Source of the DNA: Squalus acanthias
Lineage: Eukaryota
Length of the DNA stretch: 64,000 nt
Reading direction: 5' to 3'
NCBI GenBank assembly: GCA_030390025.1
Contig: CM059433.1
Location: 18,664,001-18,728,000 of the forward strand
The notes beneath the pieces are model-generated. The model saw only the letters and a list, made by a program, of their open reading frames with translations. It had not been told where the DNA came from and made no database searches. Below are positions 48,276 through 60,207 of this stretch, piece by piece. The position numbers and the translations under genes were made by a program. Position 1 is the first letter of the stretch; the number at the start of each line of letters is the position of its first letter.

Positions 48276-48991
48276 TTCAAGCAAATCACTCAATTTTTTT
48301 CAAAGCTACTGATCCCAGACCAGCATGTAGCAAAAACTGACAAATCAAAGTGCTTAAAAAAAATTGTGAGCTTGGTTTGAGCCCCCATTTTGATTTTTCA
48401 GCTACCTGAAAACATAACCATGTAAGTATCATCTGCTCAACTGGAGGAGGGCAAATTTCAGAGAAGTTGAAAAAGGAGCTGGCCCAGGTGGATGGGAATT
48501 AAAGATTGACAGGTAAAGCAATAAATGAACAATGGGAGGCCTTCAAAGAGAAGATAGTTCGGGTACAGACTAGGCATAGAATGGTTACAGCACAGAAGGA
48601 GGCCATTCGGCCCGTCAAGCCCGTGCCGGCTCTCTGCAAGAGCACTTCAGCTAGTCCCACTCCCCTGCTCTTTCCCCGTAGCCCTGCAAATTTTTTCCTT
48701 CAGGTACTTATCCAATTCCATTTTGAAAGCCACGATTGAATCTGCCACCCTTTCAGGCAGTGCGTTCCAGATCCTAACCACTTGCTGTGTAAAACAGTTT
48801 TTCCTCGTGTCGCCTTTGGTTCTTCTGCCAATCACCTTAAATCTGTGTCCTCTGGTTCTCGACCCTTCCGCCAATGGGAACAGTTTCTCTCTATCTACTC
48901 TGTCTGGACCCCTCATGATTTTGAACATATTCCCACGAGGGAGAAAGGAAGGGCATTCAAAGCTAGAGCTCCCTGGATAATTAAAGATATA

Positions 48992-49598
48992 GGGGGAAAA
49001 ATTGGGTTGTGCCCCCTTTGGGGCGCTAACTTCGCCGGGGCGCTAATTTTAGCGCCTCGAAAAAATTAGCACTCCTCGCCCGAAATTCACCGGTAGCGCC
49101 CCAAGAGGGAGGCGGGGTGCTACTGGAAGCGCCCCGCCTCACTCTTGGGGCACTGCAAGTGAATGTCGCGCCGCGGTACTGCAGGCCTTCCTCCCCTTAT
49201 TAAAGGGGAGGGGCTCAGCGCAGCGTGACCCGGGGCCCAGCTGGGCAACTGGCAGGCGACCAGCAACAAAAATGGCTGCCCGACACCTTCCCTTTAATTA
49301 GCGCCGCCCCGGCCGCAGGTAGGCCCCCCTTGACCCCGTTGGACATAGCGTCCGGCGGTAAGTGAGGGGGTGCTACGCAGATCGCTGCGGGAGCGCGAGC
49401 GGGGCGCTGCACACGGCGATGATGTCATCGCCGGCGGCGCAACGCCGCTCGGCACTAACGGTTACTGCCACCGCTAACCTCCCACTGAATTTCGCGGGAG
49501 GTGTTGGCGGCACCGCGCCAGGTGCTAGTTGCTTTGCGCCCCGTTAGCGCCCTCTTAGGGCACTAATGGGAGGCGCAAAGCAGCCGAATTTTTAGGCC
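48992..49598. mobile_element. Harbinger-type MITE related to the 21574/22502 element
   Basis: TIR GGGGGAAAAATT/AATTTTTAGGCC; TSD ATA; shares TTAGCGCCCTCTTA and GCGCCCC motifs. Confidence 0.82.
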
Positions 49599-50313
49599 AT
49601 AGAGATTAAAATGAAACAGAAAAAGGAGGCTTATGATAAATGTTGGGTTCATAATACAGTAGAGAACCAAGCTGAATACAAAAGTAAAGAGGAGAACTGT
49701 AAAGGAAATAAGAGCGGCAAAGAGAGAATATGAGAATAGATTAGTGGGTAACATAAAAGGGAAAACAAAAGTCTTTTACAAACAAATAAATAGTAAAATG
49801 GTAGTCTTAGGAAGGGTGGGGCCGATTAGGGAATCTTCTTATGGTGGCAGAGGGCATGGCTGAGGTACTAAATGAGTACTTTGCATAGGATAAAACGAGA
49901 TAAAAAGGAGGTACATAAAAGGTTGGCAGCACTCAAATAGAAAAGTCACCCAGTCCAGATGGGATGCATCCTAGATTGCTGAGGAAATTAAGGGTGGAAA
50001 TAGTAAAGGCTCCAGCCACAATCTTCCAATCCTCCTTAGATGTGAGACTGGTGCCAAAAGACTGGAGGATTGCTAATGTTGCACCCCTGTTCAAAAAAGG
50101 GGAGAGCGATAAACCCGGAAACTATAGGCCAGTCAGCGTAACGTGGATGGTGGTAAACTTTTAGAGACAATAATCCAAGACAAAATGAGTTGTAACTTGG
50201 CAAAATATGGGTTAATAAATGAAAGTCAGTATGGTTTTGTTAAAGGCAAACCATGTTTGACTAACTTGATTGAGTTCTTTGATAAAGTAACGGAGAGGGT
50301 TGAGCAAGGTAGT

Positions 50314-51385
50314 TTTTAAAAATTCGTTCATGGGAAAGGGGGGGTTGCTGGCAAGGCCAGCATTTATTACCCATCCCTAATTGCCCTGGAGAAGGTGGTG
50401 GTGAGCCGCCTTCCTGAAACGCCGCCGTCCGTGTGGTGAAGGGACTCCCACAGTGCTGTTAGGGAGGGAGTTCCAGGATTTTGACCCAGCGACAATGAAG
50501 GAACAGCGATATATTTCCAAGTCAGGATGGTGTGTGACATGGAGGGGAACTTGGAGGTGACGGTGTTTTCATGCGCCTGCTGCCCTTGTCCTTCTAGATA
50601 GTAGAGGTCGAGGGTTTGGGAGGTGCTGCCGAAGAAGCCTTGGCGAGTTGCTGCAGTGCATCTTGTAGATGGTACACACTGCAGCCACGGTACGCTGGTG
50701 GTGAAGGGAGTGAATGTTTAAGGTGGTGGATGGGGTGCCAATCAAGCGAGCTGCTTTGTCTTGGATGGTGTCGAGCTTCTTGAGTGTTGTTGGAGCTGCA
50801 CTCATCCAGGCAAGTGGAGAGTATTCCATCACACTCCTGACTTGTGTCTTGTAGATGATGGAAAGGCTTTGGGGAGTCAGGAGGTGAGACACTCGCCACA
50901 GAATACCCAGCTTCTGACCTGCTCTTGTTGCCACAGTATTTATGTGGCTGGTCCAGTTAAGTTTCTGGTCAATGGTGACCCCCAGGATATTGATGGTGGG
51001 GGATTCAGCGATGGTAATGCCGTTGAATGTCAAGGGGCGGTGGTTGGACACTCACTTGTTGGAGATAGTCATTGCCTGGCACTTGTGTGGCGTGAATGTA
51101 ACCTGCCACTTATCAGCCCAAGCCTGAATGTCGTCCAGGTCTCGCTGCATGCAGGCATGGACTGCTTCATTATCTGAGGAGTTGCGAATAGCACTGAACA
51201 CAGTGCAGTCATCAGTGAACATCCCCACTTCTGACCTTATGATGGAGGGAAGGTCATTGATAAAGGTGGTTGGGCCTAGGACACTGCCCTGAGGAACTCC
51301 TGCAGCAATGTCCTGGGGCTGTGATGATTGACCTCCACCACCACAACCATCATCCTTTGTGCTAGGTATGACTTCAGCCAGTGGA
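50314..51385 (-). mobile_element. 5'-truncated copy of the 35297 LINE family
   Basis: GVPQGSVLGP, FTDD, ILGVTIDQKLNW; same 3' tail. Confidence 0.88.
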
Positions 51386-51562
51386 TTGATGTTGTGTATA
51401 TGGATTTTCAAAAGATGTTTGAAAAAGTACCACATAATAGACTTGTTAGCAAAATTAAAGCCCATGTGATTAAAGGGGCAGTGGCAGTGTGGATACAAAA
51501 TTGGCCAAGGGTCAAAAAGCAGAGAGTAGTGGTGAATGGTTGTTTTTCAGACTGGAGGGAAG

Positions 51563-51712
51563 CAATGTTCCCCGTAATATTGTTGCATGGCCCTTTAAGG
51601 GGATTTGTAGCCCATTTATAGGTTCACGGAAATTTAACATTGATAAAGGCGATCCCGGGCTGCGTGGGACCGGCAAAGAGCTGCGCAGCCATGCAGCTTA
51701 GAGGGAACGTTG
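51563..51712. mobile_element. 150-bp hAT-type MITE
   Basis: TIR CAATGTTCCC(CG)TAA / TTA(GA)GGGAACGTTG; exact 8-bp TSD GAGGGAAG at 51555-51562 and 51713-51720. Confidence 0.88.
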
Positions 51713-52803
51713 GAGGGAAGTATACAGTAGTATTCCTCAAGGGTCGGTATTAGGACCACTGCTCTTTTTGGTATATATTAATGAGGTCCACAGGGTATAA
51801 TTTCAAAGGTTTGCAGATGACACGAAACTCGAAAATGCAGTAAACAATGAGAGGATAGTAACAAACTTCAGGATGACATAGACAGGCTGGTGAAATGGGC
51901 AGACACATGGCAGATGCAATTTAACGCATTGAAGTGTGAAGTGATTTTGGTAGGAAGAATGAGGAGAGGCAATCTAAACTAAATGGCACAATTTTAAAGG
52001 GTGTGTAGGAACAGGGAGACCTGGGGGTGTATGTACACACATCTTTGAAGGTGGCAGTACAAGTTGACAAAGCTGTTAAAAAAGCATACGGGATCCTTGG
52101 CTTTATTAACAGAGGAATAGAGTACAAAAGCAAGGAAGTTATGCTAAACCTTTATAAATCAATGGTTAGGCCCCAGCTGGAGTATTGTGTCCATTTCTGG
52201 GACACACTTAGGAAGGATATCAAGGCCTTGGAGAGGATGCCGAAGAGATTTACTAGAATGGCACCAGGAATGTGGGACTTCAGTTACGTGAAGAGACTGG
52301 AGAAGCTGGGGTTGTTCTCCTTAAAGCAGAGGAGGTTAAGGGGAGATTTAATACAGGTGTTCAAAATCATGAAGGGTTTTGATAAGAGTAAATAAGGCGA
52401 AACTGTTTCCAGTGGCAGAAGGGTCAGTAACCAGAGGACACAGATTTAAGGTATTTGGCAAAAGAACCGGAGGTGAGATGAGGAGAATTTATTTTTACGT
52501 TGTGAGTTGTGATGATCTGGAATGTACTGCTTGAAAGGATGTTGGAAGAGGATTCAATAATAGTTTTCAAAAGGGAATTGGATAAATACTTGAAAAGGAG
52601 AAATTTGTAGGGCCATGGGGAAACAGGGGAGTGGGACTAATTGGAGAGCTTCTTTCAAAGAGCCAGCACAGGCACGATGGGCCGTATGGCCTCCTGCTGT
52701 GCTGTATCCTTCTATGATTCTATGAAAAAAAAAATTGAACAATTCAGAGTAAAATGTTTATTCTTACTCATTAGGGCGGAGCCCATGCTTCAAGTGAGGG
52801 GTG

Positions 52804-52933
52804 ATGCTCATAGAGGAACCCATTGCAGGAAAATGTTGGTGCACAGCCCATGATTTTCTGCTTGTTCATTTTAATAAGCAGCGATCATGAGCTGTGCATC
52901 TACAATTTCCTACAATGCTCTCCCTGTGAGCAC
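52804..52933. repeat. Imperfect fold-back (about 60-bp arms)
   Basis: CATTGCAGGAAAATGTTGGTGCACAGCCCATGAT versus ATCATGAGCTGTGCATCTACAATTTCCTACAATG. Confidence 0.75.
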
Positions 52934-53099
52934 AGAGACAGCACACTAGAGTTGTCCGTAGTGTTCTAAATCCCTGGAAAAAGTTCTCTTGTAGCAGCCA
53001 ACTCTGCCGTCGGCAGCCTAGGTACGTGCCTGGAACTTCGATTATTGTGTTGGGCTTTGTTGAGTTTTATTTTTCTGCAGGTATCTTGTTTTGTCCCAT

Positions 53100-53730
53100 T
53101 TGGTGGGTTCAAACCCCATTCAAGGACTTGAACACATAATCTAGGCTGACACTTCAGTGCAGTACTGTGGGGGTGCTGCATTGTCAGATGTGTTATCTTG
53201 CAAATGAGATGTTAAACCAAGGCAAAATACTGCGGATGCTGGAAATCTGAAATAAAAACAGAAAATGCTGGAAATACTCAGCAGGTCAGGCAGCATCTGT
53301 AGAGAGAGAAACAGAGTTAACATTTCAGGTCGATGATGAAGGGTCATCGATCTGAAACGTTAACTCTGTTTCTCTCTCTACAGATGCTGCCTGACCTGCT
53401 GAGTATTTCCAGCATTTCCTGTTTTTATGTTAAGCCAAGGTATTGATTGCCTGTTCAGTTGGATATGAAAGGTCCCACAGTACTATTTGAAGAAGAACAG
53501 GAGCGTGCTCCTGGTGTCCTGGCTAACATATATCTCTTGACCAACACCAAAAAAACCCCAAATAATCAAACCATTTATTGCATTGCTGTTAGTGGGACCT
53601 TGCTGTGCGCAAAGTGGCTGCCATGTTTCCCAAAAAATAATTGCTACACTTCAAAAGTAATTCAATGGCTGTACAGGACTTTGAGATATCCTGAGGATGT
53701 GAAAGATGCTATATAAATGCAATCTCTTTC
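53100..53730 (+). mobile_element. Degenerate Deu SINE containing a palindromic Penelope-repeat insert (53223-53427)
   Basis: Duplicated ATGTTAA(A/G)CCAAGG flanks two inverted PLE repeat halves. Confidence 0.75.
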
Positions 53731-54881
53731 CTTGTTATATGACAATCACAGCAAAGCCCTAGCCTAGTCATTTTGGCTCCAGAATGGAGTTAATGTTGCC
53801 TCCCTTCTGAGTCCAATAAAGTGCACCACATTTTTGAACTGGGAAACACATAATGCGCAAGATTTGTTTTAATGATTGACAGCAAGACAGGCTGTTTATT
53901 GGGCTTGCAGGTCCTACTGGCTGTAAGCTCTGCCTCCTCCACTCTGGATGAATCAACAGCCAGCAAAACCAATATTAGGAGCAGTGAAGATAATTGTCAA
54001 TATTTTTTCTTTGCATAAGAACATCAGAATAGGCTAAAAGCATGAACTTTTAATCTTTACCCGAGGTAATTTTGACAGGAAATATTGCTACAGCTACCTA
54101 TGTTCATGGGTTTGTCTATATTTAAGGTTGCCATGTGCGTCCTTCCCCATTTGCTATTTCCCCTTCTAACAATGCAACTTCAAACTAACCTGCAGCAACA
54201 ACGTAGAGGGCTGGTATGCGATTTTTGATGCTAATGATGCTCACCTGTATTACATTTTTGAGATGTCAGTGTTTGTGCGTCAGGAGGTCAGGCTGGCTCA
54301 TGGTATAATGGTATAACAGTCATAAATCACTTTTGAACATTTAAGGCCTTCATTTCATGTCACGTTGCAGCCACCAGCAGTGTTTCTCGATTTTGGAAGC
54401 AGATTTGAATTTTTCCATTTTCTTTCCGGTGTACTCCAGCTCAGCTATGGCCCATATACTCTTCAATTTATTCTCAAATATTGCAATATGTTTTCACAGG
54501 ATTTCATCCCATTAAAAAAAATGAAAATCCTTCGATTTAATAGTTTTTTTTGATAAAAGTCGACATTGAAACGTTTACATGGACACAATCTGTGCGAATG
54601 TGAAACTGTCAAAGACGCTAAAATTAAACTGTAACGCGCTTTAACATATTTCTATGGAAGTCCCCTATAATGTTGTCATTTAAATAACGTTGACATGTTG
54701 ATGACATATTGCACAGCACAATTTCAGCTCCAGAAAGTGGGACCAATTACAAAATGATCTTATCCCTGTTATACAACATTAAAAATATCTATTGAGCTTT
54801 TTAATAGCTCCTAGGAAAATGCAGAAAGTGCACTTTATCTTATCTATATAGTATTTTTGTCAATAAATGTCTGATTATCCT

Positions 54882-55333
54882 TGTGCTCGCTGACCTACAT
54901 TGGCTCCCAGTTAAGCCACGTCGCAATTTTAAAATTCTCATCCTCGTTTTCAAATCCCTCCATGGCCTCGCCCCTCCCTATCTCTGTAATCTCCAACAGC
55001 CCTACAACCCCCCACCCCCTCCCCAGAGATATCTGCACTCCTCTAATTCTGCCCTCTTGAGCATCCCCGATTATAAATCGCTCAACCATTGGTGGCCGTG
55101 CCTTCAGCTGCCTAGGCCCTAAGCTCTGGAATTCCCTCCCTAAACCGCTCCGCCTCTCCTTCCTCCTTTAAGACGCTCCTTAAAACCTACCTCTTTGACC
55201 AAGCTTTTGGTCACCTGCCCTAATTTCTCCTTATGTGGCTCGGTGTCAAATTTTTGTCTTATAACACTTCTGTGAAGAGCCTTGGGATGTTTTACTACGT
55301 TAAAGGTGCTTTATAAATACAAGTTGCTGTTGT
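54882..55333 (+). mobile_element. L2 LINE 3' fragment
   Basis: LADLHWLPVK...FKILILVFKSLHGLAPPYL. Confidence 0.85.
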
Positions 55334-55349
55334 ATTATGTGATTTAAAA

Positions 55350-56045
55350 AGAAAAATTCATTCTGGGGATATGGGCATCGCTAACAAGGCCAGCATTTAT
55401 TGCTAGGCACTAGCTGCCGTTTAGAAGATGGTGGTGGGCCACCTTCTTGAACCGCTGCAGTCCAAGTGGTGAAGATATCTCACAATGCTGTTAGGTAGGA
55501 AGTTCCAGGATTTTGACCCAGCAATGATGAAGGAACAGCGATGTATGTTCAAGTCGGATGGTGTGTGAATTGGAGGGGATGGTGTTCCCATGCACATGCT
55601 GCAATTGTCCTTCTAGGTAGTGGAGGTTGCAGACTTGGGAGGTGCTGTTTGAAGAAGCCTTGTCGAGTTTCCGCAGTGCATCCTGTTGATGGTACACACT
55701 GCAGCCACAGTGTGCTGGTGGTGGAGGGAGTGAATGTTTAACGGTGGTGGATGGGGTGCCAATCAAGCGGGCTGCTTTGTCCTGGATGGTGTCGAGCTTC
55801 TTGAGTGTTGCTGGAGCTGCTCACACCCAGGCAAGTGGAGAGTATCCCATCACACTCCTGACTTGTGCCTTGTAGATGATGGAGAGGTTTTGTAGAGTCA
55901 GGAGGTGGGCCATTCGCTGCAGAATACCCAGCCTCTAATCTGCTCTAGTAGACACGGCATTTATGTGGCTGGTCCAGTTGAGTTTCTGGTCAATGGTAAC
56001 ACCCAGAATGTTACTGGTAGGGGTTTAGGCAATAGTAATGCTATT
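55350..56045 (-). mobile_element. Older copy of the 35297 LINE family 3' region
   Basis: Diverged match to 35310-36010. Confidence 0.75.
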
Positions 56046-56364
56046 CAGTGTAATGTTCCAAATTGCTTTCCAATTGGACCACGTGGCAATATCAGTCACA
56101 TGGTTAGCAGGGCTCACTCAAAGCTCACAATCACATTCCACAAAGCAAAATACCTGAAAACAGCCTTTACACGACAAAAATGGGTAGGGGCGATTTTTCT
56201 CTCTGTCAACATCAGCAGGAGGCCAAATCAATTTTCGCAATCTGGCATCATTTAAACACTGGAGGCGCGCTTCCAGCAAGTGAAGAGTATTCCATCACAC
56301 TCCTGACTTGTGGGTGATGGAGAGGCTTTGGGGAGCCAGGAGATGAGCCATTCGCTGCAGAATA

Positions 56365-56675
56365 CTAATCGCACTGCTTATAGGCAGCTCGCCATTTAGG
56401 AGGGCAGGAAATCAGTAAGATCTGCCGCTTCTTAAAGGGGAGGTGGAGTGTTCAGTAGTGGTGAACCGACAAAACACTACTAAGGCAGCAGGCAGAATGA
56501 CGGTGGCCAGGGCAGATACTGGCGTGGAGGTCCTCATGAAACAAGTGAGGAAGAGGACGTTGGTCCTCTCTGCTTCAGATGGACAATGGGTGCCCTGGTA
56601 AATTAGGCCAGTAGCAGTGTAGAGAGGGGGTTGGGCAGGTCAATGCACACTGCATAGCTCCAAGGACCTGTTTCA
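56365..56675 (+). pseudogene. Harbinger Myb/SANT gene 5' remnant
   Basis: TCTTAAAGGGGAGG motif followed by GVEVLMKQVRKRTLVL..DG and QVNAHCIAPRT, echoing 30859-31090. Confidence 0.45.
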
Positions 56676-57479
56676 AACACTTAAAGAACATTTTAATTGT
56701 AGATTTAGGAAAAATGACCCATAAAATCTGAAATTAAATCATAAATGTTGGAGATCCACAGCAGACTAGCAGAAGTGAAGGAAGGTTACGCCAGAAAAAT
56801 TAATATATCTTTCTCTCTCAGTTGCTGGCTGAACTAGGCTATGCATTTTCAGCACTCCCTATTTTTATTTTTAATTTCTGTGTTTAATCTACCCATTCCA
56901 GTTGCAATAAGTGCAATTTTAATCTTGTTTGCACTAAAATTGTTTACTGTGAAATTCTGTGTTGAACCATGCAATTGACTATGCAAAGTATATGCAAATT
57001 AGGTACATCGCACAAAGTGAGGCTAAGAGGCTAAGAAGGGGGAAGGCTCCATTCAGGCATTACAAAGCAATCTCTCTTTCAATTTCTTATTTTAGTACAA
57101 AAGGCTACAAATCATTTGAAGGGCACTTCCTTTTCTAGTTTGAAAAATAACTAAAATAACCCACTTTTTTAATTATCTTTTGGTGAAAGTGTCGTCGTAA
57201 CTGGACTATCTTGCCATTGTTCAGCATGTAGCTTTATAATAAATTGCACTTTGCACGAAATGTGGCCCCAGTAGAAACTTGTGGTAGGGTTTAGTCTAAC
57301 TAACATTTCAATAACAACCGACAAACAACAACCATAACGTAGACAACAATTAGCTTATACATAAAATTCACCACTAATTAATAGTTGTAATACCAATATA
57401 AATATTATTTTTGTTTAATAAATGATGATTTTATAGTTTACATTTTGTCATTTTAAGTTAATTATGAAAACATACTTAA

Positions 57480-57930
57480 GTGTCTGCCATGGCTCAGGTT
57501 GGTAGCACTCTCGCCTCTGAGTCAGAAGGTTGTGGGTTCAAGTCCCACTCCAGAGACTTGAGCACAAAAAATCCGACAGTGCAGTGCTGAGGGAGTGCTG
57601 CACTGTCGGAGGTGACGTTAAACCGAGGCCCCGTCTGCTCTCGCAGGTGGATGTAAAAGATCCCATGGCACTATTTTGAAGAAGAGCAGGAGAGTTATCC
57701 CTGGTGTCCTGGGCCAATATTTATCCCTCAATCAACATCACTAAAAACAGATCATCTGGTCATTATCACATTGCTGTTTGTGGGAGCTTGCTGTGGGCAA
57801 ATTGGCAGCCGCATTTCCTACATCACAACAGTGACTGCACTTCAAAAGTACTTAATTGGCTATAAAGTGCTTTGGGACATCCTGAGGTCGTGAAAGGTGC
57901 CATATAAATGCAAGTCTTTCTTTTTTTTCT
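57480..57930 (+). mobile_element. Deu-domain tRNA SINE (a partial copy follows at about 58133-58436)
   Basis: A box, B box GGTTCAAGTCC at 57535, Deu core and L2-type tail. Confidence 0.82.
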
Positions 57931-59784
57931 TTTAACTTATCTATATTTTACTAAAAATGGAAGTGTCTGATGAAAAATTATGCTTTTTTAAAATGATTTT
58001 TTTTTAAAATTGTGTTTAAGTCAAAAGAAAGTTAAAGATCTACAAGATACAAATAAATCAATCAATCAGAATGCCAATCATTACTGCTACCTTGCTTATC
58101 TTGTGGAATGACTGCAACAGTATATGTTCTTTCTGTCTTTTGGATGAGACACTAAACCGAGGCCCCACCTGCCTCTCAGGTGGACATAAGATCCCATGGC
58201 CCTATTTCGAAGAAGAGCAGGGGTGTTCGCCCTGGCGTCCCTCAACTAGCATCACTAAAACAGATTATCTGGTCGTTACCACATCGCTGTTTGTGGGACC
58301 TTGTTGCGGCAAAATGGCTGCCGCGTTTCCTACGTTACAACAGTGTCGACACTTCAAAAAGTACTGCATTGGCTGTAAAGCGCTTTGGGACGTCCCGAGG
58401 TTGTGAAGGGTGTTATATAAATGCAAGTTCGTTCTTCCTCACTCACACCCGACATGGGTACTTTTTTTTGCTTTGCTGTATCAGCTCACGTTAACTTGAG
58501 GTTTTCTAAATGCCATTATCAGTCCTGTTTAAGTCTGTGATGTTTACCATAGCATCCAGTGAAGTGATACCTGGCTGTCAGTAAGATAATAATTATCTTT
58601 TCTCCCACAGTGTTTTTTCAATGTTTAACATGCTGACAAAGCATGCTGAGGGAGCGAATGAAGAGAAGTCAAATGTGAAGAGAATGTTTAAGCAATATCC
58701 CATTCTCTTTTTGGTGGTTGCTACACATGAAGATTAGTACAACGTATATTTTTTGATGATATAGATAAATGCATTTGTTTTTAAGCATAGTAAGCTTTAG
58801 TTAGCGAAGTTGTTTCAATTATTGCATTTACCTAAAGAGTAATTATAGTGTTCATCATCAAATTACAGGTTTATAGCAAAGATACTTGAATTTACTAAGA
58901 AATTTAAGAAAACATCTGCAGTCCTGACATTATTTCTTCACTGTCATTTTGCAGCTCCACATCACTGTCATCTTGACTTTAAACATTCAGATCACCTGTG
59001 CAAATCTGCTCAATATCATGACAGAAATGAAAGTAAGAATACAATGCCGCATTTAATACAGAGATGTCGGAGGCGATATATAAACTAGGTCGGTTTCAGC
59101 ATAGCATGAATGCGAGTGGATAAGCGAGCCTTAAAACAAAAAAAAAATGAAATACTCATCGGTACATCGGCCTCCTTAAGATACAAAATAAAGAGAGAAA
59201 AAGAAAAATCGCAGATGCTGGTAATCCGAAATAAAAACAGAAAATGCTGGAATTACACAGCAGGATCCCAGTATCTATAAAGAGATGATAAACATTTCAA
59301 ATGTACACCCAAAATGTTAACCTTGTTGCAGATGCTGATGGACCTGCTGTGTTTTTCCACGGTTTTTCTGTTTCTGTGTCGCCATAAGTAGGTTGGAAAA
59401 GTGAAAGGGTTCATTAGGGCTTGCTGGGTTTGTGACATTAAAGGGGTTATTTTACAAACTTGTACTCCGCCATGTTTTCTATCTATTAATTTTAAAGAAA
59501 GGAAAATCCTGAGTGGCCTGCACCCAAATTCCTGATATGTGTTTCCAGCAGGTCATTGCCAGGAATATACAGTTACCCCTTAAAGGGGCATTCACAATGG
59601 GCAACTGACATCAGAGGTGCAAAATTATACAAACAGAATCTTCAAGCTCCGATATTACAAAAAAAACACATTCAGTTTACAGTTTTAGAAACTGAAGAGA
59701 AATAATGAGATAATCTACTAGTTTCGATTAATGATTGTAGCAACTCACTATTTAAAAGGAAATAAACATATCTGTTTTAAATAT

Positions 59785-60207
59785 GATGCGGAGATGCCGG
59801 TGTTGGACTGGGGTGGACAAAAGTGAGAAGTCGCACAACACCAGGTTATAGTCCAACAGCTTTATTTGAAATCACAAGCTTTCAGAGCGCTGCTCCTTCG
59901 TCAAGTTTTTTGTTTTCCATACAGACTCCAGCATCTGCCACATTTGACCCCTTGTGACCCCACCTCATTGTCTTTGTTGTATTTTGCTATCGTCTTTGAT
60001 GTAATGACTTCCTGACTGACCTGGTTGGACACCATCCACACCTTTGATTGCGGTGATTGTCTCTCTGCCGAGGTGTGATAAAGGGCAGTTAGAAAGATTA
60101 ACTGTAGTCGTCTGGCAGTGTTCTCTGACTATATATGCTGTGCCCATATGTATTTCTTCACTTCACCTGACGAAGGAGCAGCACTCGGAAAGCTTGTGGT
60201 TTTAAAT
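59785..60207 (+). mobile_element. Second Penelope-like family remnant with inverted repeat and hammerhead-like motifs
   Basis: 59870-59903 is the reverse complement of the CTGACGAAGGAGCAGC..TC.GAAAGCTTGTG motif at 60167-60199. Confidence 0.6.

Larger units (their letters stand above)
48440..52723 (+). mobile_element. CR1 LINE ORF2 relic hosting four nested insertions
   Basis: CR1 motifs continue across the inserts (EQWEAFK, NYRPVS, MDFQK.F.KVPH, FADD, RPQLEYC) to a 3' tail at about 52720. Confidence 0.88.
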
